Assembly (NCBI GenBank): GCA_033551855.1
Contig: JAWSUI010000002.1
Location: 96,001 to 160,000 of the forward strand
Direction: 5' to 3'
Length of the DNA: 64,000 nt
DNA from: Deferrisomatales bacterium
Lineage (GTDB): Bacteria; Desulfobacterota; Deferrisomatia; Deferrisomatales; JACRMM01
The position numbers and the translations under genes were made by a program. A model generated the notes under the pieces. It saw only the letters and a list, made by a program, of their open reading frames with translations. It made no database searches and had not been told where the DNA came from. Shown here in pieces: positions 45,989 to 55,517 of this stretch (the stretch's first letter is position 1; the number at the start of each line of letters is the position of its first letter).

Positions 45989-48118
45989 ATGCACCGCCTC
46001 CACGACGTCGTCGAGAAGGTCCAATCCTACCAGGGGGACGTCAGCCTCGACCTCCTGCGCAAGGCCTATGTCTTCTCGGCGAAGGTTCACCGGGACCAGA
46101 CCCGGCTGTCGGGGGAGCCCTACCTCACCCACCCGCTGGCCGTGGCCTCGATCCTGGCCGACCTGCGGATGGACGAGGTCACGGTAGCCAGCGGGCTCCT
46201 CCACGACGTCATCGAGGTCGGAGCAACCTCTGCGGAGCTGGTCCGGGAGCACTTCGGCGAGGACATCGCCTCCATCGTCGAGTCCCTGAGCCACCTCTCC
46301 CGCGTCACCTACTCCTCCCAGAAACAGGAACAGGCCGAGCACTTCCGCCGCCTCATCCTGGGGATGGCCAAAGACGTGCGGGTGGTCATGGTGAAGCTGG
46401 CCGACCGCCTGCACAACATGCGTACCCTGGGTCCGGCGCCTCGCCCCCGTCAGCTCCAACTCGCCCAGGAAACCCTCGACGTCTATGCACCCCTGGCCAA
46501 CCGCCTAGGCATCCACCGCCTCAAGAGCGAGCTCCAGGACCTGGGGCTGCGCTACGTGATGCCCGACGTCTACGCCGACCTGGTGCGCAAGGTGGAGCGC
46601 CGGCTGGCGGAGCGGGAGAGCTACGTCGCCGAGATAGTCCAGGTGCTGGAGGGGCTGCTCGCGGAGAACGGGCTGCACGGCCAGGTGAGCGGGCGACCCA
46701 AGCACTTCTTCTCCATCTGGAAGAAGATGCAGGAGCAGGGGATCGGCTTCGAGCAGGTCTACGACCTGATGGCATTCCGGATCATCCTCGGGGAGGTGCG
46801 CGACTGTTACGGGGCCCTGGGGGCCATCCACGGCCGCTGGACCCCGATCCCGGGCCGCTTCAAGGACTACATCGCCCTTCCCAAACCGAACCTCTACCAG
46901 TCGCTTCACACCACGGTGATGGGGCCCCAGGGTCAGCCTATGGAGGTGCAGATCCGCACAGAGGAGATGCACCGGATCGCCGAGGAGGGCATCGCGGCCC
47001 ACTGGCGTTACAAGGAAAAGAGGGCGGCGGCGGGGCCGGAGGATCGTGTCTTCCAATGGCTGCGGCAGGTGGTGGAATCCCACCAGGATCTCGGAGATGC
47101 CGAGGAGTTCCTGGACAGCTTCAAGGTCGACCTCTACCCCGACGTGATCTTCGTGTTCACCCCGGCGGGAGACCTGATGGAGCTCCCCCGGGGGGCTACC
47201 CCGGTGGACTTTGCCTACTCGGTGCACACCCGGGTGGGGGAGCAGTGCGTGGGCGCCAAGGTCAACGACCGCATGGTGCCCCTCAGCCACCGCCTCAAGA
47301 ACGGCGACCGCGTCGAGATCACCACCTCGAAGAGCCACACGCCGAGCACCGACTGGCTGGAGTTCGTCCAGACGTCCAGGGCCCGCAACAAGATACGGGC
47401 CTGGATCAAGACCCAGCAGCGACAGCGTTCGGTGGAGCTGGGGCGAGACCTCTGCGACCGGGAGTTTCGCAAGGCCGGGCACAGCCTGGCCAAGGCGCTC
47501 AAGGCGGGCGAGCTCGAGGCGCTGGCTCCCAAGTTCGGCCTGAACAAGGAGGAGGAGCTCCTCGAGGCCGTGGGGTATGGGAAGATTTCGGCCCGTCAGG
47601 TGTTGGGCAAGCTGTACCCGGACCTGGAGGAGCGTGAGGCCGAGGAGGTCAAGAGGCCCAAGAGACCCCCCAAGGCCCCCAAGGGAATCGTAATCCAGGG
47701 GATCGGCGACGCCATGGTGCGGTTTGCCCGGTGCTGCAACCCGCTTCCGGGGGAAGCGGTGGTGGGCTTCGTCACCCGGGGGCACGGGATGACGGTCCAC
47801 ACCGCCGACTGCCTCAACGTCCGGAGGCTCGACCCCGAGAGACGCATCGAGGTGGACTGGGGCCGCGGGGAGGCCGGTGCCCACCCGGTGAAGATCCGGG
47901 TCGCGTGCGACGACCGCAAGGGGATCCTGGCCGCCATCACCCAGGCCTTGGCCGGCTTCGACGTCAACGTGGCCCGTGCGGACGTGCGCACCTGGGCCGC
48001 CGGCCAGGCCGAGTGCAACTTCGAGATCCTCGTGGAAGACATGGACCGACTCCAGAAGATCCTGGGGGCCATCCAGGGGATCAAAGGGGTCAGCCGGGTG
48101 ACGCGGGTCAAGACGTGA
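45989..48118 (+). CDS. rel: Long RelA/SpoT homologue (HD, synthetase, TGS, ACT)
   Basis: RLSGEPYLTHP, KLADRLHNMRTL, RFKDYIALPK.N.YQSLHT, EVQIRT, DFAYSVHT, CCNPLPG. Confidence 0.96.
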   Translation: MHRLHDVVEKVQSYQGDVSLDLLRKAYVFSAKVHRDQTRLSGEPYLTHPLAVASILADLRMDEVTVASGLLHDVIEVGATSAELVREHFGEDIASIVESLSHLSRVTYSSQKQEQAEHFRRLILGMAKDVRVVMVKLADRLHNMRTLGPAPRPRQLQLAQETLDVYAPLANRLGIHRLKSELQDLGLRYVMPDVYADLVRKVERRLAERESYVAEIVQVLEGLLAENGLHGQVSGRPKHFFSIWKKMQEQGIGFEQVYDLMAFRIILGEVRDCYGALGAIHGRWTPIPGRFKDYIALPKPNLYQSLHTTVMGPQGQPMEVQIRTEEMHRIAEEGIAAHWRYKEKRAAAGPEDRVFQWLRQVVESHQDLGDAEEFLDSFKVDLYPDVIFVFTPAGDLMELPRGATPVDFAYSVHTRVGEQCVGAKVNDRMVPLSHRLKNGDRVEITTSKSHTPSTDWLEFVQTSRARNKIRAWIKTQQRQRSVELGRDLCDREFRKAGHSLAKALKAGELEALAPKFGLNKEEELLEAVGYGKISARQVLGKLYPDLEEREAEEVKRPKRPPKAPKGIVIQGIGDAMVRFARCCNPLPGEAVVGFVTRGHGMTVHTADCLNVRRLDPERRIEVDWGRGEAGAHPVKIRVACDDRKGILAAITQALAGFDVNVARADVRTWAAGQAECNFEILVEDMDRLQKILGAIQGIKGVSRVTRVKT

Positions 48119-48152
48119 ACCGTGCCGGGCCAAGGCGCCCGAGGGAGGTCTC

Positions 48153-48569
48153 GTGAAGACGCAGATCGTTACCGAGCGTGCCCCCGCTGCCATCGGACCG
48201 TACAGCCAGGCCGTGGCCGCCGGGTCCTACGTCTTCTGCTCCGGCCAGATCCCACTGGACCCGGCCACGGGGCAAGTGGTCGGGAAGGGGGTGGAAGAGC
48301 AGACCCGCCAGGTGCTGGACAACCTTCGGGCCGTGCTCGAGGCCGCGGGGAGCGGGCTCGAGCACGTGGTGAAGACGACCGTCTTCCTGGCCGACATGGG
48401 GGACTTCCCGGCGATGAATGCGGTGTACGAGGGGTACTTCGGGGATAAACCCCCCGCCCGCTCCACGATCCAGGCGGCGGCGCTGCCCCGGGGAGCGGCG
48501 GTGGAGATCGAGGCCGTAGCCCTTCGGGGGCCGGGGCCCGGGCTGGACGTCCACGGGCTGGCCCCGTGA
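48153..48569 (+). CDS. ridA: RidA/YjgF family enamine deaminase
   Basis: APAAIGPYSQA, SGQIPLDP, VVKTTVFL, PARS, LP.GA.VEIE. Confidence 0.93.
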   Translation: MKTQIVTERAPAAIGPYSQAVAAGSYVFCSGQIPLDPATGQVVGKGVEEQTRQVLDNLRAVLEAAGSGLEHVVKTTVFLADMGDFPAMNAVYEGYFGDKPPARSTIQAAALPRGAAVEIEAVALRGPGPGLDVHGLAP

Positions 48570-48585
48570 GCCACCGGTCCCGGTC

Positions 48586-49032
48586 ATGACCCCGAGCCTC
48601 CTGCTGCTGCTGCTGATGTTCGGTGTGGGGGCCCTGTCCGCGCTCCAGCCCTCGGTCAACGCGCGCCTGGCGGACCGGGTGGCGGGGGTGCTGCCCGCGG
48701 CCACCGTCTCCTTCGCGGTGGGCACAGTGGCCCTGTTGGCCGTGGCCCTGGCGACGGGGCGTGGCGGAGGACTCCGGGGGGTTGGATCCGCCCCGTGGTG
48801 GGAGCTCTCCGGGGGCTTGATCGGCGCCGTCTACGTGGCGTCCACGATCCTGGTCTTTCCGCGGATCGGCACCGCGGCGGGCATGGCCGCGGTCATCTCC
48901 GCGCAACTCGCCACCGGCCTCCTGCTGGACCGTGCCGGGGCGTTTGGTTTCCGGCAGATCGACCTGGACTGGAGACGGGTCGTCGGGGTGTTGCTTCTCC
49001 TCGCAGGGGCCGCGCTGATCTATCGCAGGTGA
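48586..49032 (+). CDS. YdcZ-like DMT family membrane protein
   Basis: LQPSVNARL, VSFAVG, PWW...GG.IGA, PRIG, Q....LLD..G.FG. Confidence 0.85.
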   Translation: MTPSLLLLLLMFGVGALSALQPSVNARLADRVAGVLPAATVSFAVGTVALLAVALATGRGGGLRGVGSAPWWELSGGLIGAVYVASTILVFPRIGTAAGMAAVISAQLATGLLLDRAGAFGFRQIDLDWRRVVGVLLLLAGAALIYRR

Positions 49033-49239
49033 GGGAGCAAGGGCGACCCGCGCGGCGGGGGGCCGCTCCGGCCGGCCGGGGATGCCGTTTCGACGACGCC
49101 CGGGGTTCTCGCGGGCGCCGCCCCTGCGCCGGGCCGGCGAGTTGCCGGATGCCTCTGGGAGACCCCGGGCCCGATCGGGGCCTCCGGGGTTTCTCCATCG
49201 GCGGAGGCGGGTCCGCCGCGAAAGGATGGTCGGGGGCCC

Positions 49240-50523
49240 ATGGCGAGTCGCGTCAACCGAAGGCAGATCGTCTCCTGGTCCCTCTACGACTGGGCCAACT
49301 CCGCCTTCGCCACGACGGTCATGGCCGGGTTCTTTCCCCTCTTCTTCAAGGAGTACTGGAACGCCGGCGTCGACCCCACGGTGAGCACCCTGCGGCTGGG
49401 AATCGCCAACTCGGCGGGAAGCCTCGTGGTGTTGGCGCTGGCCCCGGTCCTGGGCGCGGTCGCAGACTGGGGGGGCTCCCGGAAGCGCTTCCTGCTCTTC
49501 TTCGCCGCCCTGGGGGTCTGCGCCACGGCGGGACTGTATGCGGTGGGCGAAGGGGGCTGGGCGGCGGCGGCGGCCCTCTACGCGACGGGCCTGGTGGGCT
49601 TCGCCGCCGGCAACATCTTCTACGACGCCCTCCTCGTGGGCGTTGCCGGGGAGGACCGGGTGGACCTGGTCTCCGCCCTCGGGTACGCACTGGGGTACCT
49701 CGGGGGCGGGCTCCTCTTCGCGGCCAACGTGGCGATGGCCCTCTATCCCTCCTGGTTCGGCCTGGAGGACTCCGCGGCGGGGGTGCGGGCCTCGTTTCTC
49801 ACGGTGGCGCTGTGGTGGGCCGTCTTCGGGGTCCCCTTGTTCCTGTTCGTGCCGGAGGGGGGGCCCCGAAGGCGCCTCTCGCCGGTTGGGGCCGTGGTCG
49901 GGGGGTTCCGGCGGTTGGCGACGACCTTCCGCGAGGTGCGCCGCCTGAAGGTGGTGATTCTGTTTCTGGTGGGGTACTGGCTCTACATCGACGGGGTCGA
50001 CACGATCATCCGGATGGCGGTCGACTACGGCCTGGCCCTGGGGCTCTCGTCCCAGGCGCTGATCACCGCGCTCCTGGTGACCCAGTTCGTCGGGTTCCCG
50101 GCGGCCATCGCCTTCGGCTGGCTCGGCCAGCGGCTGGGCCCCAAGACCGGCATCTACCTGGCTCTGGCGGTCTACGTGGGGGTCACGGTCTGGGCCTACT
50201 TCATGGACAGCGAGGCGGAGTTCTTCGGCATGGCGGTGACCATCGGGCTGGTGCAGGGGGGGGTGCAGTCCCTGAGCCGGTCCTTCTACACCCGCATCAT
50301 CCCGCCCTCGAAGGCCGGGGAGTTCTTCGGTTTCTACAACATGATGGGAAAGTTCGCCGCCGTGGTCGGGCCCGTGGCGATGGGGTGGGTGGCGGTGGCC
50401 ACGGGGGAGCCGCGCAACGCCATCTTTGCCATCACGGTGCTGCTCGTCGCCGGGGCGGGGTGTCTGTACCTGGTGGACGAGGACAAGGGGCGCCGGGAGG
50501 CCCGGGTCCTGGAGGGGCTGTGA
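49240..50523 (+). CDS. MFS transporter, UMF1/Atg22-like
   Basis: SW.LYDWANSAFATTV, NIFYDALL, GYALGYLGG, QSLSRS, EFFGFY. Confidence 0.92.
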   Translation: MASRVNRRQIVSWSLYDWANSAFATTVMAGFFPLFFKEYWNAGVDPTVSTLRLGIANSAGSLVVLALAPVLGAVADWGGSRKRFLLFFAALGVCATAGLYAVGEGGWAAAAALYATGLVGFAAGNIFYDALLVGVAGEDRVDLVSALGYALGYLGGGLLFAANVAMALYPSWFGLEDSAAGVRASFLTVALWWAVFGVPLFLFVPEGGPRRRLSPVGAVVGGFRRLATTFREVRRLKVVILFLVGYWLYIDGVDTIIRMAVDYGLALGLSSQALITALLVTQFVGFPAAIAFGWLGQRLGPKTGIYLALAVYVGVTVWAYFMDSEAEFFGMAVTIGLVQGGVQSLSRSFYTRIIPPSKAGEFFGFYNMMGKFAAVVGPVAMGWVAVATGEPRNAIFAITVLLVAGAGCLYLVDEDKGRREARVLEGL

Positions 50524-50527
50524 GGCC

Positions 50528-51442
50528 GTGACCGGGCTCCGCCGCGCCTTCGTGGTGAACCCCGCCTCGGCCGGTTGCCCCCGGGACCTGGGGGGCCGAA
50601 TCCTGCGGCGGTTCCCGGGCGCCCGGGTCCGGCAGACCCGGGGGCCCGGCGACGGGGGCTCCCAGGCTGCCCTGGCCGTGGAAGAGGGGGCCCGCGTCCT
50701 GGTGGCCTGCGGCGGCGACGGCACCGTGCGCGAGGTGGCGACGGCGGCGGCCGCCGCCGGCGCCACCCTCGGCCTGGTGCCCGTGGGCATGGTGAACCTC
50801 CTGGCCTCCGAGCTGGGGTTGCCGCGGGGGGTGGAGGGTGCCCTGCAGGTGGTCGAGGAAGGCCGCACGGTCGACGTCTACCCGGGCCGGTGTGAGCCGC
50901 AGGGGGGGACGGAGACCCTCTTCTTTCTCTGCGTGACGGCGGGCCCGGACGCCGACGCCGTCCACGCCGTGGGCCGCGACAAACGCTTCCTGGGCCGGTA
51001 CGCCTACGGCCTGCGCTTTGCCCTGCGGCTGCTGCGCCCCCTGACGGACGAGGTCGCGTGGGACGAAGGGGGGGCGGCCGGCCGGCGGGGCCGGTGCGCC
51101 CAGTTCCTCTGTCTCAAGCTGCCCCACTACGCCGGCCGGTATCGCGTCTCGGAGGCCGTCTCCCCCTACCGCCCGGGCCTCGAGGCCGTGGCCGTCGCCG
51201 GGGGGCGGGGGAGGGTCCTCCGGTTCTTCGCCGCCGCCCTGGGCGGCCGGGTTCGACCGCTGCGCGGGGTCTCGCGGTTTCCCGTCACAGACGTCGTGCT
51301 GCACCTGCCGGGGCACGGCCGGTTCCAGGTGGACGGAGACCCCTTCACCGCCCCGGCGGTGCGCCTCACCGCGGGTCGCGACCCCCTCCGGGTGCTGGCG
51401 CCGGCGGGGGCATGTTGCGGTCCGGAGCGGACGGCCCCATGA
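50528..51442 (+). CDS. Diacylglycerol kinase-family lipid kinase
   Basis: VVNPASAG, ACGGDGTVREV, P.G..NLLA.ELG, FQVDGD. Confidence 0.85.
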   Translation: MTGLRRAFVVNPASAGCPRDLGGRILRRFPGARVRQTRGPGDGGSQAALAVEEGARVLVACGGDGTVREVATAAAAAGATLGLVPVGMVNLLASELGLPRGVEGALQVVEEGRTVDVYPGRCEPQGGTETLFFLCVTAGPDADAVHAVGRDKRFLGRYAYGLRFALRLLRPLTDEVAWDEGGAAGRRGRCAQFLCLKLPHYAGRYRVSEAVSPYRPGLEAVAVAGGRGRVLRFFAAALGGRVRPLRGVSRFPVTDVVLHLPGHGRFQVDGDPFTAPAVRLTAGRDPLRVLAPAGACCGPERTAP

Positions 51443-52092
51443 GGGGGCGGCCGATCCTCCTCGCCGGTCTGCTGGCGCTCGGCGTGGCGCTGGGCTACGC
51501 CGGAGTCCTGGACCATCCGCGGGTCCGGGAGCTCCTGGGGGCCGCGGCGGGGCAGTGGTGGACGCCGCCGGCCCTCGTGGCGGCCATGACCGGCGCCTAC
51601 GCCTTCGCCCTGCCCGGGTCCGCCCTGATCCTGCCGACGGCGCTCCTCTACCCTCCCCCGTTGACCGCCGGCATAGCCGCGGTGGGGGGAGGTCTGGGGG
51701 CCCTCTGGGCCTACCACGTGGCCGGCCGCCTGGGAGCCTCCTGGGTCCGCGAGGTCTCGGCCAGCCCTGCCTTTGGGCTCCTGCGCCGCAACAGCGGTTT
51801 CCCCGTCCTGTGCGCGCTGCGGGTCCTGCCGGCGTTCCCTCACTCCTTCATCAACTACGGGGCCGGGCTGCTCCGGGTGCCCCGGCCGGCCCTGTTCCTC
51901 TCGGCCGTGGCCGGCCTCGGGGTCAAGGGGTACCTCTATGCCGCCGCTGTCCAGCAATTGGCCGAGGCCGGGGACCCCGTCGAGCTGGCGAACCTCCGGA
52001 CCCTCTGGCCGCTGCTGGCCCTGGCTCTGCTCCTGGGAGCCGGGTGGGGTCTGCGTCGGTGGTGGGAAGGCAACGGGGGGCGCAGCGGGTAG
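51439..52092 (+). CDS. TVP38/TMEM64 (VTT/DedA-like) membrane protein
   Basis: LPGS, G..GA..AY..AG.LG, LRVLP.FP...INY.AG. Confidence 0.85.
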   Translation: MRGRPILLAGLLALGVALGYAGVLDHPRVRELLGAAAGQWWTPPALVAAMTGAYAFALPGSALILPTALLYPPPLTAGIAAVGGGLGALWAYHVAGRLGASWVREVSASPAFGLLRRNSGFPVLCALRVLPAFPHSFINYGAGLLRVPRPALFLSAVAGLGVKGYLYAAAVQQLAEAGDPVELANLRTLWPLLALALLLGAGWGLRRWWEGNGGRSG

Positions 52093-52109
52093 GGGCGGGT
52101 CCCCGGCCC

Positions 52110-55100
52110 TCAGGATGTCCCTGGGTCCTCCGCCTCCCTGCCCGAAGATCCCCACCAGTTCCGCAGCCGCCGCAGGCGGCGGGGTCCGCGTCGAAAGATT
52201 TCCTCCAGGGAGAGATGGGGGTCTCGGGCCGGATCCTCCAGGTAGTCCCGGATCGCGTCGAGACGGCGTCGGAGGTCCCCCTCCAGGGCGAGGCGCAGCC
52301 CAGCCCTTCCCGCCAGGATGCGCTGCTTGAGGTTCGGTGGGGGGCGCTCTCCTTGGTGCTTCCTCAGCTTGTACTCGATCCGTGCGGCGATCAGACCCAA
52401 GAGGGTCTCCTGGTGCTCGGGGCCGAGCCACAGCACCTCCGGGACCAGGTCCCCGAAGTGGGTCACCCCCAGGACATCCTTCCCCTGCGCCCAGTAGCCG
52501 GCAAGGAACTCCGGATCGAGGTCCCGGTAGTTCTGCAGGGGCAGATACATGCGCCGCAGGTGCTGGAGGACCTTTTCGGCCTTGCGCCTGTGGCCGCCGA
52601 TGATGACGGGGCTCCCCACCTCTCCGCGCTTGACCCCCTTGGTCCAGGGGGCGCCCGTGATCCCGAAGTCGTTGCACACCGGAATGAGCAGGAGGGCGGA
52701 GAGGGTGCTGATGGCCAGCGCGTAGCCCGCCGAGGGGCCTCCCACCGCGTAGGAGGCGGACAGCAGTTGGTGGTGGACGGTGTACTTGTCGAGGAACTCT
52801 CCCAGAAGCCGGGCGACGTTGATCTTGGGTGAGAGGCCCTGGAGGTAGTTCTCCACCAGTGTAAGTGCCTCCCGGGCGGACTGTTGGGTCATCTGGACGG
52901 CCATGTCCATCTCCGCCGCGGTGGGCGCGGTCGAGGAGACCGCACCGGTCACCAGCACCTTCTCGGCCGAGAGGTTGTAGACGAGGCTCGTCGCGATGGG
53001 CAGGAGCACGCCCGCCACGTCGCTTGCCCCCACACCGACGATGAACCCAACCTGGGGCTCTTGGCTGAGCTCCGCCTCCAGGAACTCGTCGAGTTGCACC
53101 TTCCCCTTCTTCGTCGGGCTCTGACTCATCTCCTCCCGGGCCGCCTCGAGGTGGGAAGCTGCCAGGGGGTAGTCGTCGCTGCCCCGCACCCCGTCCGCCA
53201 GCGCCAGGACCTCTTCGCAGTGCCGCAGGAACTCCAGGGGCTCGCTCTCCAGCCGTGCCTTGGCCGTTCGAGGAGCCCCGAGGGCCTCCAGGATCCCGAG
53301 GAGGATCCGCAGGTTGAACTTCACGAAGTTCTCTCGGGCTTCGGGGGGCGCTGCGGTGAGCTCCCGAAGCCTGCGAATGACCGCCCACTCCGTGGCCCTC
53401 AGGGCCAGGGCCTTGTCGGTGAAGGCGGCGTAATCGGCCGGCGTGTTGCACACCGCTCGGGCCGCCTCCTCGATCCGTGCGGGGTCGAGCTTCTCTGCCA
53501 GTGGGATGCCGGCCAGCTTCTTCGCCACGATCTCGGCGACGTCGTCCCGCCGCAAGTGTCCGCTGATCTCCAGGGCCTTGAGGCGCTTGGAGCGCACGAG
53601 GGCCGGGTCCAGGATGTCGAGGCGGTTGGTGGTGAGCACGGTGAAGACCCGGTTGAGGGGCACCTCCCCGTCCACGAGGTTGAGGAACTTGTTGGTCACT
53701 TTGTCCTGGGGTGCCCCTCCCGAGGGGCTCCGGCGGGGGACGAGGGCGTCCCCTTCGTCGATGAAGACCACGGCCGGCGCGATCATCTTGGCAATGTCGT
53801 ACACGTGCTCCAGGTTCTCCACCGTGCCGTCGATGGGGTTCATCGGATCCTGCAGGTCCGTGGGACGCACGGCCAGGTCGTGCACGTCGGGATTCTCGCT
53901 CAGCCACGCCCGGGCCAGGAAGGTCTTGCCGCTGCCAGGAGGGCCCGCCAGCACGAGCCCCTTCTCGTCGCTCACCCCGTAGTAGAGGCAGTTCATGGCC
54001 AGCTCGGAGAACTGGTTCTTGATCCCGCCCACGTACTGCTCCCAGCGCACCGAGCGATCCATCCGGTCCACGACCCGCTTGTAGAGATCCCCGTGGGCGT
54101 TGCGGGCCACCTGCTCGAAGGCGCTGCGCACCAGGAGGGCGTCGTCCAGGTGATCCGGCCGGAACCCCCCCCGCATCTCGACGATGGACCGGACCAGCTT
54201 GCGCACATAGGAGGGAGTGATCTTGAGCGCCTTCTCCCGGAAGATCGGGTAGAGCCGGTCAACCGCCGCTTCCAGATCCGCCGGGGGCAGGTACGAGATC
54301 CCCGGGGGCAGGGGACCCACGGGCGGGAAGCCCACCCGGATGTCCGCCCGCAGGAGCTCGATCCGCACGACCTCCCGCAGATTGTCGCGGCTCTTCCAGA
54401 ACTCGGAGACATCGACGATGCGGCCCTTCTCGACGAAGCGGCGGTAGATGGCCGCATCGAACCTCTCGGGCTGGTCCGTCGTGGCGACGAGGACACAGTC
54501 GCGCTGACCGTCGATGATCTCGTCCAGCAGGATGTTGGCGGTGTCCACCAGGGTCTGTTGCTGGCTCGAGACCGAGGTGGACCGGCTTTCCGCCCGGCCG
54601 AAGGCGCTGTGGGCCTCCTCCACGTGTCGGACGGTGGTGCGTCGAGGGTCCCCGAGGGCCTTGCGCAGGTAGTTGCCGGGTTCCCCGGCCAGGGCGGTCT
54701 GGTAGTCGTTGGGGGTGACCACGGCGTAGTCCACGGCGAGGCCCCGCTCCTGGAGCTCGGCCAGGTGCCCGGCAACGCGCTTCTGGAAGAGCCGCCGTAC
54801 CAGCCAGCGGCGCGAAAGGAACTGGTAGAGCTTGAGGCGCCGCCGGCGGTAGATGTCCTGTGCCAGGGTCGGATCCACCGACTCGATGGTGCGCCAAAAA
54901 GGCTCTTCGGCCAGCACCTCCTCGCGCTTCTTGCCCAGGTCGACCTCGGGAAGGACTTCGTGGCGGAACATCACGGCCTCGAGGGCCTCGGCCGTCGTCG
55001 CGGTCTTGCCGGCGCCGCTGGGACCGATCACCAGCAGTAGCGGGGCCTTGGGCACCTCGGGATCGGCCAGGTACTCCTTGCGGACGTGGACCCGGTAGAT

Positions 55101-55511
55101 CTTTTCGAGGAGCTCCCGGAACTCCGAGGGGACGTGAACGTCGGCGAGCTCCCGGTTCAGGAGCGCCAGCAGGTAGGTGTAGTCCTTGGCCGTCAGCTCC
55201 CTCTCCAGCATGCGGTTCCACGCCGCCCGGGGGGAGGTCTCTCCGGAGAATTCGAACCGGCGCTGCCAGTCGGTGAGGATCTGGGGGTCCCGCAGGATCG
55301 CAAACCCCTGTTCCCGAGGGCGCCAGAGCAGCGAGAGCAGCCCTTCCACCAGGCCGTGCAGGAGGCCCGACGGCGGGGTGAACTGGTTCAGGCGTGCCCG
55401 CAGGAATGCCTTGGTCTCGTAGGACCAAGAGGCCACGAGCGCCTCGATCTCCCGGATGCGCCGCTCCGGGAGGCGGACGTACCGGACCTCTCTGGTGACC
55501 CGTTTGGCCAT
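52110..55511 (-). CDS. Double AAA+ ATPase fused to a C-terminal Lon-like (S16) protease domain
   Basis: AAA1: GPSGAGKT, HVEEAH, TTDQPERFDAAIYRRF; AAA2: GPPGSGKT, VFIDEGD, TTNRLDILDPALVRSKR; protease: PQVG...G, VTG, QQSAREA, GGPSAG, ITG, IGG...K. Confidence 0.85.
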   Translation of the reverse strand: MAKRVTREVRYVRLPERRIREIEALVASWSYETKAFLRARLNQFTPPSGLLHGLVEGLLSLLWRPREQGFAILRDPQILTDWQRRFEFSGETSPRAAWNRMLERELTAKDYTYLLALLNRELADVHVPSEFRELLEKIYRVHVRKEYLADPEVPKAPLLLVIGPSGAGKTATTAEALEAVMFRHEVLPEVDLGKKREEVLAEEPFWRTIESVDPTLAQDIYRRRRLKLYQFLSRRWLVRRLFQKRVAGHLAELQERGLAVDYAVVTPNDYQTALAGEPGNYLRKALGDPRRTTVRHVEEAHSAFGRAESRSTSVSSQQQTLVDTANILLDEIIDGQRDCVLVATTDQPERFDAAIYRRFVEKGRIVDVSEFWKSRDNLREVVRIELLRADIRVGFPPVGPLPPGISYLPPADLEAAVDRLYPIFREKALKITPSYVRKLVRSIVEMRGGFRPDHLDDALLVRSAFEQVARNAHGDLYKRVVDRMDRSVRWEQYVGGIKNQFSELAMNCLYYGVSDEKGLVLAGPPGSGKTFLARAWLSENPDVHDLAVRPTDLQDPMNPIDGTVENLEHVYDIAKMIAPAVVFIDEGDALVPRRSPSGGAPQDKVTNKFLNLVDGEVPLNRVFTVLTTNRLDILDPALVRSKRLKALEISGHLRRDDVAEIVAKKLAGIPLAEKLDPARIEEAARAVCNTPADYAAFTDKALALRATEWAVIRRLRELTAAPPEARENFVKFNLRILLGILEALGAPRTAKARLESEPLEFLRHCEEVLALADGVRGSDDYPLAASHLEAAREEMSQSPTKKGKVQLDEFLEAELSQEPQVGFIVGVGASDVAGVLLPIATSLVYNLSAEKVLVTGAVSSTAPTAAEMDMAVQMTQQSAREALTLVENYLQGLSPKINVARLLGEFLDKYTVHHQLLSASYAVGGPSAGYALAISTLSALLLIPVCNDFGITGAPWTKGVKRGEVGSPVIIGGHRRKAEKVLQHLRRMYLPLQNYRDLDPEFLAGYWAQGKDVLGVTHFGDLVPEVLWLGPEHQETLLGLIAARIEYKLRKHQGERPPPNLKQRILAGRAGLRLALEGDLRRRLDAIRDYLEDPARDPHLSLEEIFRRGPRRLRRLRNWWGSSGREAEDPGTS

Positions 55512-55517
55512 GTCGGT

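Noticed and set aside
52110..55511. Ordinary FtsH, Lon or BrxL call
   Set aside because: No TM or HExxH as in FtsH; two classic-clade AAA domains unlike LonA/LonB; no BREX genes.
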